DNA of 30,405 nt from a virus. Its lineage: Duplodnaviria; Caudoviricetes. The stretch's first letter is position 1, and every line of letters begins with the position of its first letter. The notes under the pieces are model-generated. The model did no database searches, had not been told where the DNA came from, and saw only the letters and a program-made list of their open reading frames with translations. This document shows, in pieces, positions 17,827 to 26,052 of this stretch. A program made the translations under genes and the position numbers. The stretch covers positions 1-30,405 of IMG/VR virus record IMGVR_UViG_3300017909_002920; one strand, 5' to 3'.

Positions 17827-18639
17827 ATGCCTGTTGTCCCATGTTTTGACCCCACGACCGGGGCAAGCGGCGGTCCCGCATCCGCTCCCAGCTCCGCACC
17901 ATTGACCGTGTTGGACATCGATTGGCCCACGCTTTGGGTTGACAACGGTTCCGTGGATGTCGATTTGTCCGCGTCCGGGACATATGTTTTGGGCGGTACG
18001 TCCTTCACGGTGGACCAAAACCATACCGGCGTGACCGCAACGTTGACTTCCGCGGGGTTGCGGATTGTTCAAACCATTGGCTTGAACTTTGATTGGTCGA
18101 TTGCCCTAACGGACAACAAAGCGGCGGACATCGCCAACTATGTTGTCTTGACGGCCGACATTACCGCAACCATTTCTTCCCGCCTGGCGGGCACAAACGG
18201 AAGTGGACTTTATGCGGTCGGATACACGACAACGCCCACTTGGGGAACCACGCCGGGGAATACCGCGATTGGCGGCGGTATCCGGGTCGCAAACAACGCG
18301 TCTCAAAATACAACGTGCGTTGTCCGCAACGTCACCGCCAATGGCGGAACCAACACGGTAACCAAAGTCAACCCGTCCACTTTCCACAACCGTTGGTTTG
18401 CGACGGGGACCGATTACATGGGCGCAAGGAACGCTTCCCCGTTCACGGACGCAACGCTTGTTCCGGGCGGTACGTTGAAGATGAATAGCACGTACACGCT
18501 TCCGAATACGCTTTATCCGTTCCAACATGCGTACCGAACAAACGCATACCCCATGGTTTGGACAAGTGGGAATACCAACTTGGATATGGACCTAACAGTC
18601 ACCAAAACCACGTGGATTGCGTGGCTTTCGGAGCCTTGA
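17827..18639 (+). CDS. Putative receptor-binding or tail-spike protein (270 aa)
   Basis: ATG 17827 lies 4 nt after the previous stop; short N-terminus and Gly/Ser/Pro linker, then a Thr/Asn/Gly-rich beta domain. Function is inferred from composition and position. Confidence 0.55.
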   Translation: MPVVPCFDPTTGASGGPASAPSSAPLTVLDIDWPTLWVDNGSVDVDLSASGTYVLGGTSFTVDQNHTGVTATLTSAGLRIVQTIGLNFDWSIALTDNKAADIANYVVLTADITATISSRLAGTNGSGLYAVGYTTTPTWGTTPGNTAIGGGIRVANNASQNTTCVVRNVTANGGTNTVTKVNPSTFHNRWFATGTDYMGARNASPFTDATLVPGGTLKMNSTYTLPNTLYPFQHAYRTNAYPMVWTSGNTNLDMDLTVTKTTWIAWLSEP

Positions 18640-18641
18640 AC

Positions 18642-18902
18642 ATGCCTTTGGACGTGATGGATACATACGACGTGGAAACCGGCATTTCCGGGTTTGTCGT
18701 CCGCGGTGAAGTGGTCCCGGATGAAGTGGTCACGCATGAAACGGACCAATACGTCATTGTTTTGACGGTACGGGAGCGGGCGGACGTTGACCCTATCGTT
18801 GCGGTTTATGACCCGGATTCCGCGTCAAGCCCCAACGCCGCGGATTCCCGGTCAATCGCACGCCCAATCGTTGCGCACCTTGCCGGGGAAAACAATGGAT
18901 GA
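18642..18902 (+). CDS. Small acidic hypothetical protein (86 aa), possibly a fibre chaperone
   Basis: ATG lies 2 nt after the previous stop with GGAG upstream; typical codon usage. Confidence 0.7.
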   Translation: MPLDVMDTYDVETGISGFVVRGEVVPDEVVTHETDQYVIVLTVRERADVDPIVAVYDPDSASSPNAADSRSIARPIVAHLAGENNG

Positions 18903-19188
18903 AATGACCCTGTTGCAGTTGGCGACCGGCCCAACGTCTTCCCTGATTCTACTGTTGGGTATGGCGTTGGCGCTTTGGCGCTTTGTCAACCATACCGTCA
19001 TTCCGGCGGTTACCCGTTGGGTTGACCTGCATCTAAAACAGGTTGATACCCTTATCATCGAACACGGGAAGGACCGGGAAGCGTGGCTTGAATCCATGCG
19101 GGAATGTAGGGAACAATCGGACCGGATTGAACGCAAGATTGGCGGCCTTTACGGGCGTCTTGAAACCCTTAGTTCCGGCGGTAAGTAA
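18895..19188 (+). CDS. Holin-like membrane protein (97 aa)
   Basis: One N-terminal TM segment (SSLILLLGMALALWRFV) and a C-terminal coiled coil; upstream of the endolysin; GGGGA SD. Confidence 0.55.
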   Translation: MDEMTLLQLATGPTSSLILLLGMALALWRFVNHTVIPAVTRWVDLHLKQVDTLIIEHGKDREAWLESMRECREQSDRIERKIGGLYGRLETLSSGGK

Positions 19189-19445
19189 TGGCGGGAGCAA
19201 GGCGCATCCGAAAAGGTGAACCGGGGTACGGACGCAAAAAGTTCGTTGTCAAGGGCACATACAAAGGCAAACCGTACACGGTCCGCTTTGGCGACCCCAA
19301 CATGGAAATCAAGCGGGATTCCCCCAAACGCCGCAAGGCGTTCCGGGACCGCCATGGTTGCGACAACCCCGGACCGCCCAACAAAGCGAAGTACCATTCT
19401 TGCAAGCTATGGTCCCGCAAGCCCGTTTCCAAACAGGTCAAATGA
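19188..19445 (+). CDS. Small basic viral protein (85 aa; DUF6321/DUF5754-like by recollection)
   Basis: KKFVV...VRFGDPNMEIKRDSPKRRKAFRDRHGC...YHSCKLW matches a motif (RFGD...RR..FR.RH.C...YWS...W) I recall from aquatic phages and large DNA viruses; TAATG overlap. Confidence 0.75.
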   Translation: MAGARRIRKGEPGYGRKKFVVKGTYKGKPYTVRFGDPNMEIKRDSPKRRKAFRDRHGCDNPGPPNKAKYHSCKLWSRKPVSKQVK

Positions 19446-19786
19446 TGGCGGACGATAGTTGTACCAAGGAAGTCAAAGCCCGATACAAAGTTTGGCCTTC
19501 CGCCCGCGCAAGCCAAGCGGTTGCCAAATGCCGGAAGCGCAAGGGCAAGGTCCGCAAGGGCAAGGAAGGACGGTCCTTGCGGCGTTGGGCCGCGGAAAAG
19601 TGGAAGGACATCAAAACCGGGAAGGATTGCGGTTCCGGCGGGGACACGGAATATTGCCGCCCGTCCAAGGTCGTTTCAAAGTCCAAGACGCCCAAAACGC
19701 GGGTTTCCAAGCGGGACAAACAGGAAGCCTTGTTCAAGAAACGGGCGGGGATGCGGGCGCCCACGCAACGCCGTCCAAGGCGATGA
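19442..19786 (+). CDS. Small basic viral protein (114 aa; DUF5872-like by recollection)
   Basis: C.KEVKARYKVWPSARAS.AVAKCRK ... LRRWAAEKWKD..TGKDCG...YCRP.K.VS..TPKT motif; ATGA overlap. Confidence 0.75.
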   Translation: MMADDSCTKEVKARYKVWPSARASQAVAKCRKRKGKVRKGKEGRSLRRWAAEKWKDIKTGKDCGSGGDTEYCRPSKVVSKSKTPKTRVSKRDKQEALFKKRAGMRAPTQRRPRR

Positions 19787-20559
19787 CGCGGCGGAGCTGG
19801 CAGATAGACTACGATTGCTGGGAATGCGGCGCGTGTTGTCGGGCGGTCAACTGTTCCTTCCTTGAAGGGAACCGTTGTTCCATCTATTCAATCCGCCCGG
19901 ATATTTGCCGCGTGGGGTATTCTTACAATCCGGCGGAAATGTCCGTTGGGGAATACCTGGCGCTAACGCGGGAAGCCTGCAAAACACTGGAAGGACAATA
20001 TGCCGTTGAAATCCGGGTACGGAAAGAAGACCATTTCGGACAACATCCGCAAGGAAATGAAGGCGGGCAAGTCCCAACGCCAGGCGGTTGCAATCGCATT
20101 GTCCAAGGCGGACAAGTCCAAGCGCAAGGGGACCAAATGACTTCCGGGTATCGTTTCAGCTCCGCATCATCGGGACGCCTGCAAACGTGTCACCCGGACT
20201 TGCAACTGTTGATGGTGACGGCCTTGGAAGACCCGGATTGCCCGTGTGACTTCACGGTCACGGAAGGACACCGGACGGAAGAACGCCAAAACCAACTGTA
20301 TGCGGAAGGGCGGTCCCAACTTCAATGGCCAAACAGCCGCCACAACAAACAACCGTCCATGGCGGTTGACGTTTCCCCATGGATTGGCGGCACGCTTTCA
20401 TGGGATTTGGACGACTATGAACCACTTGGGGCGCATATCCGTTCCACGTGGAACCGGTTGGAGCTGGAAGGCCGGTTGTCCGGTCAATACAACCTCACGT
20501 GGGGACGGGAATGGAAAACACTAGTGGACGCCCCCCATTGGCAACTGGACTTGAAATGA
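19783..20559 (+). CDS. YkgJ-type cysteine-cluster (CxxCxxCC) domain reading without a stop into the endolysin (258-aa frame)
   Basis: ATGA overlap at 19783; CWECGACC...CSFLEGNRCSIYSIRPDICR; no in-frame stop until 20557-20559. Confidence 0.7.
   Translation: MTRRSWQIDYDCWECGACCRAVNCSFLEGNRCSIYSIRPDICRVGYSYNPAEMSVGEYLALTREACKTLEGQYAVEIRVRKEDHFGQHPQGNEGGQVPTPGGCNRIVQGGQVQAQGDQMTSGYRFSSASSGRLQTCHPDLQLLMVTALEDPDCPCDFTVTEGHRTEERQNQLYAEGRSQLQWPNSRHNKQPSMAVDVSPWIGGTLSWDLDDYEPLGAHIRSTWNRLELEGRLSGQYNLTWGREWKTLVDAPHWQLDLK
20000..20140 (+). CDS. Small basic protein of 46 aa, absent from the ORF track and nested in the +1 frame of the YkgJ-endolysin ORF
   Basis: GGAAGGA SD, then ATG 20000: MPLKSGYGKKTISDNIRKEMKAGKSQRQAVAIALSKADKSKRKGTK*. 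This fits the widespread phage MPLK.G...IS.NI..E...G....QAVAIALS family (DUF6496-like by recollection). Its stop forms an ATGA overlap with the endolysin start. Confidence 0.85.
   Translation: MPLKSGYGKKTISDNIRKEMKAGKSQRQAVAIALSKADKSKRKGTK
20137..20559 (+). CDS. Endolysin, peptidase M15-family zinc peptidase (140 aa)
   Basis: EGHRTEERQNQLYAEGRS, SRH-x6-AVD and WGREW...DAPHWQL motifs of L-Ala-D-Glu peptidase endolysins. Confidence 0.9.
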   Translation: MTSGYRFSSASSGRLQTCHPDLQLLMVTALEDPDCPCDFTVTEGHRTEERQNQLYAEGRSQLQWPNSRHNKQPSMAVDVSPWIGGTLSWDLDDYEPLGAHIRSTWNRLELEGRLSGQYNLTWGREWKTLVDAPHWQLDLK

Positions 20560-20942
20560 TTGGGGCGTTGGTTGTTGGCGGCGTGTTGGTCTTCCTGGCG
20601 GGCGGCGTTGCCGGTTTCACGCTTTCCCGTGACCGGACGGAAGATGTCCTTGCGGAACAAACCCTATTGATTGCGGAGTTGCAGGAAGGGCAACGCGCCA
20701 TGGTGGAAGCCGTTGGAAAGCCCGTAGTGATTGACGCGGAAGTCCGGGCGGCCTTGTCTTCCGTGCCGCCCGCTTGCGTCAAGTCCCTTGGGGGAGACCC
20801 GATGACGGCCCAATGTCTACTTCAAACATGTTGGGCCTTTGGGCAATCATCCGCCCAAAGGCCCGATTGTGACGCGGCGGAAGCCGCGGCGGTTGCCGTA
20901 CTGAATCAGAACGGCAAATCATCCAAGGAAGCGTTGGAATAG
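20556..20942 (+). CDS. Membrane-anchored lysis accessory protein, possibly spanin-like (128 aa)
   Basis: ATGA overlap with the endolysin; N-terminal TM (IGALVVGGVLVFLAGGVAGF), short coiled coil, four Cys. Confidence 0.55.
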   Translation: MIGALVVGGVLVFLAGGVAGFTLSRDRTEDVLAEQTLLIAELQEGQRAMVEAVGKPVVIDAEVRAALSSVPPACVKSLGGDPMTAQCLLQTCWAFGQSSAQRPDCDAAEAAAVAVLNQNGKSSKEALE

Positions 20943-21316
20943 GTCCGTTCCGCCCGCGGTAGGCGGTCCGGTGCATCCGTACCGCTTGCGGGGGAGCTGG
21001 AATCCCTTGCGCCTACAAAGTCCCAAGAATGGGCCTTCACCGCGGCGGTCCATCCTTCCCCGGAACCGTCCTTGCGTTGCCACGTTTCCACGGAAACTTC
21101 CCCGGTCACGGAAACCCACTTGCCTTTGGAAAGGTGTTTCCCGGCGGTTTCCGCCCGTTTGCCAAACACGGTGACGCGGTACCACGTGGTTACCTTCCGC
21201 TCCCCCCAACCCGTGTCAACGGGAACCTTGAAGGTGCAAACGGTATCCCCGCCGCGGGTTTGGCGGACTTCCGGGTCAAAGGCAAGGCGTCCGGTCAATA
21301 CAATCGTTGCAGGCAT
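20906..21316 (-). CDS. ssb: Single-stranded DNA-binding protein (136 aa)
   Basis: IVLTGRLAFDPEVRQT...TTWYRVTVFGKRAE...LSKGKWVSVTGEV OB-fold and C-terminal DDLPF. Confidence 0.95.
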   Translation of the reverse strand: MPATIVLTGRLAFDPEVRQTRGGDTVCTFKVPVDTGWGERKVTTWYRVTVFGKRAETAGKHLSKGKWVSVTGEVSVETWQRKDGSGEGWTAAVKAHSWDFVGARDSSSPASGTDAPDRLPRAERTYSNASLDDLPF

Positions 21317-21317
21317 A

Positions 21318-22115
21318 TCAAACCCCCATTTCCGGGTATTGTGAGACCAACCACGCGGGCGGCGTGATGGTTTGTTCAAGGCCGCGTCCGGGCCAACTTT
21401 GCTCGGTTTCGCACGTGCGGAGCAGCATCAACAGGCGGTCCCGTTCGATTTCCGCCAGCTCCAAGGACATTTCATCCCAACGGAACACGGTGACATCATG
21501 CGGCGCGTTTTGCTCCGCAATCAACAGGAAGGCTTCCCGCGTCTTGGGTTCCCCATGAACCGCGGCAAGGCCCGCCAGGTAGTGGGCCGTTTGCAAATGC
21601 CAACCCGCGGTGAAGGCGGTCCGCGTGACTGTATGCGCATCCGTAGTGGTAAACGTCTTCAAGTCGACCAACACGTGATGTTCCCCGTCAATGACGGCAA
21701 GGTCCGGTTTGGCCTTCATCGCAACGCGGCCTTCCTTCCAAAACAGCGGTTCTTCCGCCTTGCACGCCGGATGTTCAAGCCAACCGGCAACGGTCGGATG
21801 CGTGATGATTGCGGAAGCCGCGGCAAGCCCTTGTTCATGTTCCGTGGGCGTGATGACTTCACGACCCGCGGCGGTTTCCAAGGCTTCCTTGTATGCCTTG
21901 GTTCGCTTGTCCTTGCGGCCTTCCCAAACCATGTACCGTTCATCAAACGTGAATGGTTCAAAGGTCAACGTATGAATCAAGCGCCCCATCATCCACGCCG
22001 CGGAATCCTTCCGGGGCGCGTGAAGTTCGTGTTGGTAGTGTAGCGGGGACTTCCGCAAATGCTTCAACGTGGAATAGTTCAAGCCTTCCGCGGCCCGGTA
22101 TTGTTCATCATTCAT
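21318..22115 (-). CDS. PD-(D/E)XK exonuclease, RecE/exonuclease VIII-like (265 aa)
   Basis: Y...GLNYSTLK...SPLHY, GRLIH...EP, KAKPD, VDLKT and WHLQTAHY motifs. Confidence 0.88.
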   Translation of the reverse strand: MNDEQYRAAEGLNYSTLKHLRKSPLHYQHELHAPRKDSAAWMMGRLIHTLTFEPFTFDERYMVWEGRKDKRTKAYKEALETAAGREVITPTEHEQGLAAASAIITHPTVAGWLEHPACKAEEPLFWKEGRVAMKAKPDLAVIDGEHHVLVDLKTFTTTDAHTVTRTAFTAGWHLQTAHYLAGLAAVHGEPKTREAFLLIAEQNAPHDVTVFRWDEMSLELAEIERDRLLMLLRTCETEQSWPGRGLEQTITPPAWLVSQYPEMGV

Positions 22116-22141
22116 GGTTGTTTCCTGGGGTCAATGGGCGT

Positions 22142-22648
22142 TCAAAAGGGAAGAACATGCGTGCAAACAACGCCCAACGCTTGCCACGCATGTGAAGAAA
22201 CCCCGTGCAAGGGTCCCGGATTGGACTTGGTACCAATGGCGGATGTCCGGTCCCCGCCGTGGATTTCAATGCAAGCGGTCCGTACCAAGGAATCCTTGTT
22301 CCCCTTCCGGCTACAGTTCAACGCCTGCAATACTTCCCGCCGGTAATACGCGGACCAATCCACGTTGCGGGAATCGCACATTTCCATGATGCGCCCAACC
22401 ACTTCCGTGGTTTTGACCACTTGGGTTGAAGGCGGACCCGCTTGCGTACATTCAAGGACCACTTCCAGCGATTGACCGGGGCGGAGCTGGCGTGCGGTAT
22501 CGTCAATCAACCGGCGGACTTGCGCCAGGTTGGCGGCCTTGTACGCTTCCACCACGCGCCCCGGACCGGGGACGGGCGGCACGCGGTACACGACCAACCC
22601 GGATGTTTCCGGACCGGGATCGATTCCGATAATCAAATGGTCCTTCAT
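22142..22648 (-). CDS. RuvC-like Holliday junction resolvase (168 aa)
   Basis: IIGIDPG..TSG, VVLE, K..LVR and a C-terminal HAWQALGV helix, consistent with the RNase H/RuvC fold. Confidence 0.78.
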   Translation of the reverse strand: MKDHLIIGIDPGPETSGLVVYRVPPVPGPGRVVEAYKAANLAQVRRLIDDTARQLRPGQSLEVVLECTQAGPPSTQVVKTTEVVGRIMEMCDSRNVDWSAYYRREVLQALNCSRKGNKDSLVRTACIEIHGGDRTSAIGTKSNPGPLHGVSSHAWQALGVVCTHVLPF

Positions 22649-23340
22649 GGGACGTTTTCCCCGTCCCCTTCATCGGGTCCCGCTTCCGCCTGGCGCTTTT
22701 CTTCAAACCACGCATGAATCTTCACCGCCCCGGACTTGTCCAACCAAGTCAACAGTTGCGCTTGCCGGGTAGCGTCAAGGGATGAAGGGTCCGGTTGCCC
22801 GTGGGCCGCGCACCATTCTTCCACGTCCGAAAGCGTGAGTTCATTTTGCGTCAACCGGTATTCGAGCTCCTTTGGTCCCAACTGTTTGGGACGTTGGGGA
22901 ACGATGGACTTCCGGGCGGCGGGCCTTGCGGGGGAACGTGCGGGGGAGCTGGCGGCGTTGCCGTCATCGTCTTCCGTGGGAAGTCCCGCGATCGATTGAA
23001 GCGAGTACCGCCGCAAATACGTGATTGCGGAACCAACCGCTTGCACGTCCTTCCGACCGCCCAAAGGCGCGGCAACCTTGGAAGACATCCATTGACCGGA
23101 ACTATGCCCAACCACGGTTTCCAAGGTGACAAGCCCGTCCGTGAATCCGGGATGTTGTGTCACGGAAAGCCCGTGGTCCGTGAACGCATCCAGTACAGCT
23201 TGCAGAACTGCGGAAACGGTTGCGTACTTGGAACGGAAATGCGGGTTGCGTGCATCCTTCAACGCGGGCGCCATGGTTTTTTGCGCACCGGACAACGCCT
23301 TGAACAAGGCTTCCCGTTGGTCTGAAAATCGAACTTCCAT
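22645..23340 (-). CDS. erf: ERF-family ssDNA-annealing protein (231 aa; alternative start 23346)
   Basis: KDARNPHFRSKYA and QAVGSAITYLRRYSL..IAGL..EDDDGN hallmark motifs; AGGAG SD 7 nt before ATG 23340. Confidence 0.93.
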   Translation of the reverse strand: MEVRFSDQREALFKALSGAQKTMAPALKDARNPHFRSKYATVSAVLQAVLDAFTDHGLSVTQHPGFTDGLVTLETVVGHSSGQWMSSKVAAPLGGRKDVQAVGSAITYLRRYSLQSIAGLPTEDDDGNAASSPARSPARPAARKSIVPQRPKQLGPKELEYRLTQNELTLSDVEEWCAAHGQPDPSSLDATRQAQLLTWLDKSGAVKIHAWFEEKRQAEAGPDEGDGENVP

Positions 23341-23342
23341 TG

Positions 23343-25595
23343 TCATTCTCCTGGGGTTTGCACGTTCCGGACGTGCGGGGTTTGGTCGTGGAAATGGGCG
23401 TGAATGGCCCGCAAGCCGTTTGAATCCCCGCGGCAAGCTCCGACCTTTTCGTAGTACGTGGTTCCGTTTGTTCTCACACGTTCGAAACCCACGCGTAGCA
23501 ACGCGGCGGACAACGATAGTCCGCGCCTTTGGGGATTGATATGGTCGTCAATGGCGGCGGCAAACTGCGCAACGGTGAAGCGGTTGCGCGGTCCCCCGTC
23601 GTTGTTTTGAAAGGCCGTGGTTGCACATTCCGTGTACCAATCGACATACCGGAAGGCGTCATTGTTTGCGTCCCGCAAGCGTTCTTCCACGGGCGTCAAC
23701 CACCATTGTTCCCCCGCGGCCCAACGGGCAACGCTTTCCGCGTACAACTGTTCCCGGTTGGCTCGCAACCATTCCAAGTCCGCCTTGCGGCCTTTGGGGA
23801 CGGCAACAACCCAATAACGACGGTCCCCGGTAGTATCTCGCAAGAGGTTCCGTTCATTGGATGTCATGGAAATGACGGTATGCCGCTTGAACGTGCGGAC
23901 CTTGCGCCCAAAGGGCGGGCGGATGCGGTCCGTTTGGGATGACAAGAACGCCTTGCGCAGTTCCTTGTCTCCCGTACTGTTGGACGACATTTCCGCGTCT
24001 TCATATATCCACGCCATATATAGTTGAAGATAGGCGTCTTTATCCTTCATATTGAACCGGGTATCGCTAAACAGACAACCAACCGTGGGAACGGTTGCCC
24101 ATTCACGGAAAAGCGTACTTTTCCCAAACGCTTGCGGTCCGGTCAAGACAAGGCACGTGTCCAACTTGCAACCGGGGTCCATGGCGCGGGCGGCAAGCCC
24201 AATGCACCAACGCAAGGAAAACGCCCGGTATACGTCCCTATCTTCCACGCCGCATGTATCCGCCAACCAACGGTGACACCGGGGTACCCCGTCCCACTTC
24301 AAGGTGCGTAGATAGTCCTGCAACGGGTTCCGCGTCCGTTCCCGGCATACCTGTTCCATGGTGGACCAAATCAGTTCCCGACCGGGGCGCCAGCTCCAAC
24401 CGTATGCCGTATCCATATGTTGAAGGACTTGTACCCACGCAACGTCCTCAAGCGGTTGTTCCCCGTCCATTTCCACGCCGCGGAAGGAATCAAACCAAAG
24501 GTCCCACGTATCGTCATCAACCAACATCTTGCGCAGATTGGAAGGACTGTTCAACGGTCCGCCCGGTCTCCCGTTCTTCCCCGGTCCTTGGACCAAATCC
24601 GCAAGGCCGGAACGGGACGTTCCCTTGTACGTGTTCCAATACGTACACGATTGGGGACCGGAAAAGTACCGGGCACGCCCGTCCGGTTCCTTGCAGAAAA
24701 ACCCGGAACCAATGGTGGAACCGCCAAAGGGACAAACCACTTTGGTCCGCTCCCCAGGTGACAACGCGTTTGCGATTGTTTGCCAAACACGCCCGTCCGC
24801 CAAACGCATAGCCCGGAAGTCAACTTCCACCGTGGTTGCGGTTTGCGGGCGCTTTGGCTTTGGGATTGCGGGCGGCACGCTCCCGTCCGGAAGGACACCG
24901 GGGCGCAAGTACGCTTCCCGCAAGGCCGCAAGGGTTTCCCGGTCCAACACGGTTGGCGCGGCGGTAATGACCCGCACGTCCCGTGGATTGCCTGGCGCTT
25001 TGGTGTTTTGGCTTCCCGGCATACGCGCCAGGCGTGCCCCAACATCATGCGTTGCGTCAAAGGCGGAAGGGATGTCCAAGGCCGGTTGGAAGGTGCGTCC
25101 CACTTCGAACGCAAGGCGGTTGGCTTCATCAATGATTGCGGCGGCTATCTGTTGAAGGGCAACCACTTCCCCGGACATGTCTTCCGTGATTGCGTAGTGG
25201 ACGTGGAAGCCCCAACCGGAATCAATCAACAGGGTTGGCGGCTCCCCAACGGCACGGGCAACGCACGAAACGATTTCATCACACAACAACGCTTGGAGCT
25301 GGCGTACCACGTCCGGTTCTTCCGCATACAAGCGGGCCTTCCGTTCCGCGGCACGGGCTTCAAGAACTTGTCCTTGGGCCTGGCGGGCGGCGTCGAACAA
25401 CGGGAGCAAGTCACAATCAAAAAACAAGGACGTGACCGCCTTGCAGTTTTGAACGGTCCGCCCGCGTCCATGGCGGTCAACCCGCTTGGACGGGAAGTAC
25501 CCCGTTGAAATGTATTCGCCGCCCTTCAACGATTGCCGGACATAGGTATGACCCGCGGGCGGCGTGGGCCAAACCCGTCTAATGTTTGCGTCCAT
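23343..25595 (-). CDS. Primase-helicase: AEP-type primase fused to a VapE-like SF3 helicase (750 aa)
   Basis: AEP motifs FFDCD, SGWGFHVHY and RLARMPGSQNTK; VapE motifs WDGVPR, PGCKLD, Walker A GPQAFGKST and LRDTTGDRRYW. Confidence 0.9.
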   Translation of the reverse strand: MDANIRRVWPTPPAGHTYVRQSLKGGEYISTGYFPSKRVDRHGRGRTVQNCKAVTSLFFDCDLLPLFDAARQAQGQVLEARAAERKARLYAEEPDVVRQLQALLCDEIVSCVARAVGEPPTLLIDSGWGFHVHYAITEDMSGEVVALQQIAAAIIDEANRLAFEVGRTFQPALDIPSAFDATHDVGARLARMPGSQNTKAPGNPRDVRVITAAPTVLDRETLAALREAYLRPGVLPDGSVPPAIPKPKRPQTATTVEVDFRAMRLADGRVWQTIANALSPGERTKVVCPFGGSTIGSGFFCKEPDGRARYFSGPQSCTYWNTYKGTSRSGLADLVQGPGKNGRPGGPLNSPSNLRKMLVDDDTWDLWFDSFRGVEMDGEQPLEDVAWVQVLQHMDTAYGWSWRPGRELIWSTMEQVCRERTRNPLQDYLRTLKWDGVPRCHRWLADTCGVEDRDVYRAFSLRWCIGLAARAMDPGCKLDTCLVLTGPQAFGKSTLFREWATVPTVGCLFSDTRFNMKDKDAYLQLYMAWIYEDAEMSSNSTGDKELRKAFLSSQTDRIRPPFGRKVRTFKRHTVISMTSNERNLLRDTTGDRRYWVVAVPKGRKADLEWLRANREQLYAESVARWAAGEQWWLTPVEERLRDANNDAFRYVDWYTECATTAFQNNDGGPRNRFTVAQFAAAIDDHINPQRRGLSLSAALLRVGFERVRTNGTTYYEKVGACRGDSNGLRAIHAHFHDQTPHVRNVQTPGE

Positions 25596-25603
25596 TGGGC
25601 TTC

Positions 25604-25789
25604 CTACGGTTTGGGGAGTAGGGCCGCCAACGCTTCCGACTGCAAGCGGCGGGCAAGGTCCGCTTGCGTTTGCGGGCGCAAAACGGATTCCACGTATTCA
25701 GGTACCGACAAACCCGCGGCGGCGGCGGACATTTTCAGTTCCCGTTCATGTTCAATGGACAGTTCCACACGATACTTTTTGGTCTTCAT
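25604..25789 (-). CDS. Ribbon-helix-helix (CopG/Arc-like) DNA-binding regulator (61 aa)
   Basis: Strand KYRVEL, helix, AAAAGLSVPEYV turn, helix; ATGA-coupled to the upstream gene. Confidence 0.7.
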   Translation of the reverse strand: MKTKKYRVELSIEHERELKMSAAAAGLSVPEYVESVLRPQTQADLARRLQSEALAALLPKP

Positions 25790-26052
25790 TCTGCAATCCT
25801 GTTGATTTCTTCAAGGAGCTGGCGGCGTTCATCGGGCGTCAACGCCGCTTCCGCCTGGCGGAACGCATACGGTTCCGTCCAACGGCAACGGGGAAGGCCG
25901 GTACACGCCAACCAAAGGAAGGTTCCGTTGGGGCGCTTGAAGCGTGCCCAACCGGCAAGCGGCGGACCATCCAAGCGCAAGCGGCGGGCGTGGGCACGTC
26001 CAACCGCGTTCACCAACTTCCGCTGGATGCGGTCACGGGTCAACCGCACCAT
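25786..26052 (-). CDS. Basic hypothetical early protein (88 aa)
   Basis: TGATG overlap fixes the start at 26052; ATGA overlap with the next gene. Confidence 0.65.
   Translation of the reverse strand: MVRLTRDRIQRKLVNAVGRAHARRLRLDGPPLAGWARFKRPNGTFLWLACTGLPRCRWTEPYAFRQAEAALTPDERRQLLEEINRIAE

Noticed and set aside
17827-18639. Diversity-generating retroelement target
   Set aside because: The gene is Asn-rich, but no reverse transcriptase or template-repeat copy is visible in the genome.
19459-19782. N-terminal 108 codons of the 366-aa track ORF
   Set aside because: It overlaps the motif-bearing 19442..19786 gene in another frame, starts at TTG without an SD, and the ATGA coupling at 19783 marks the real start.
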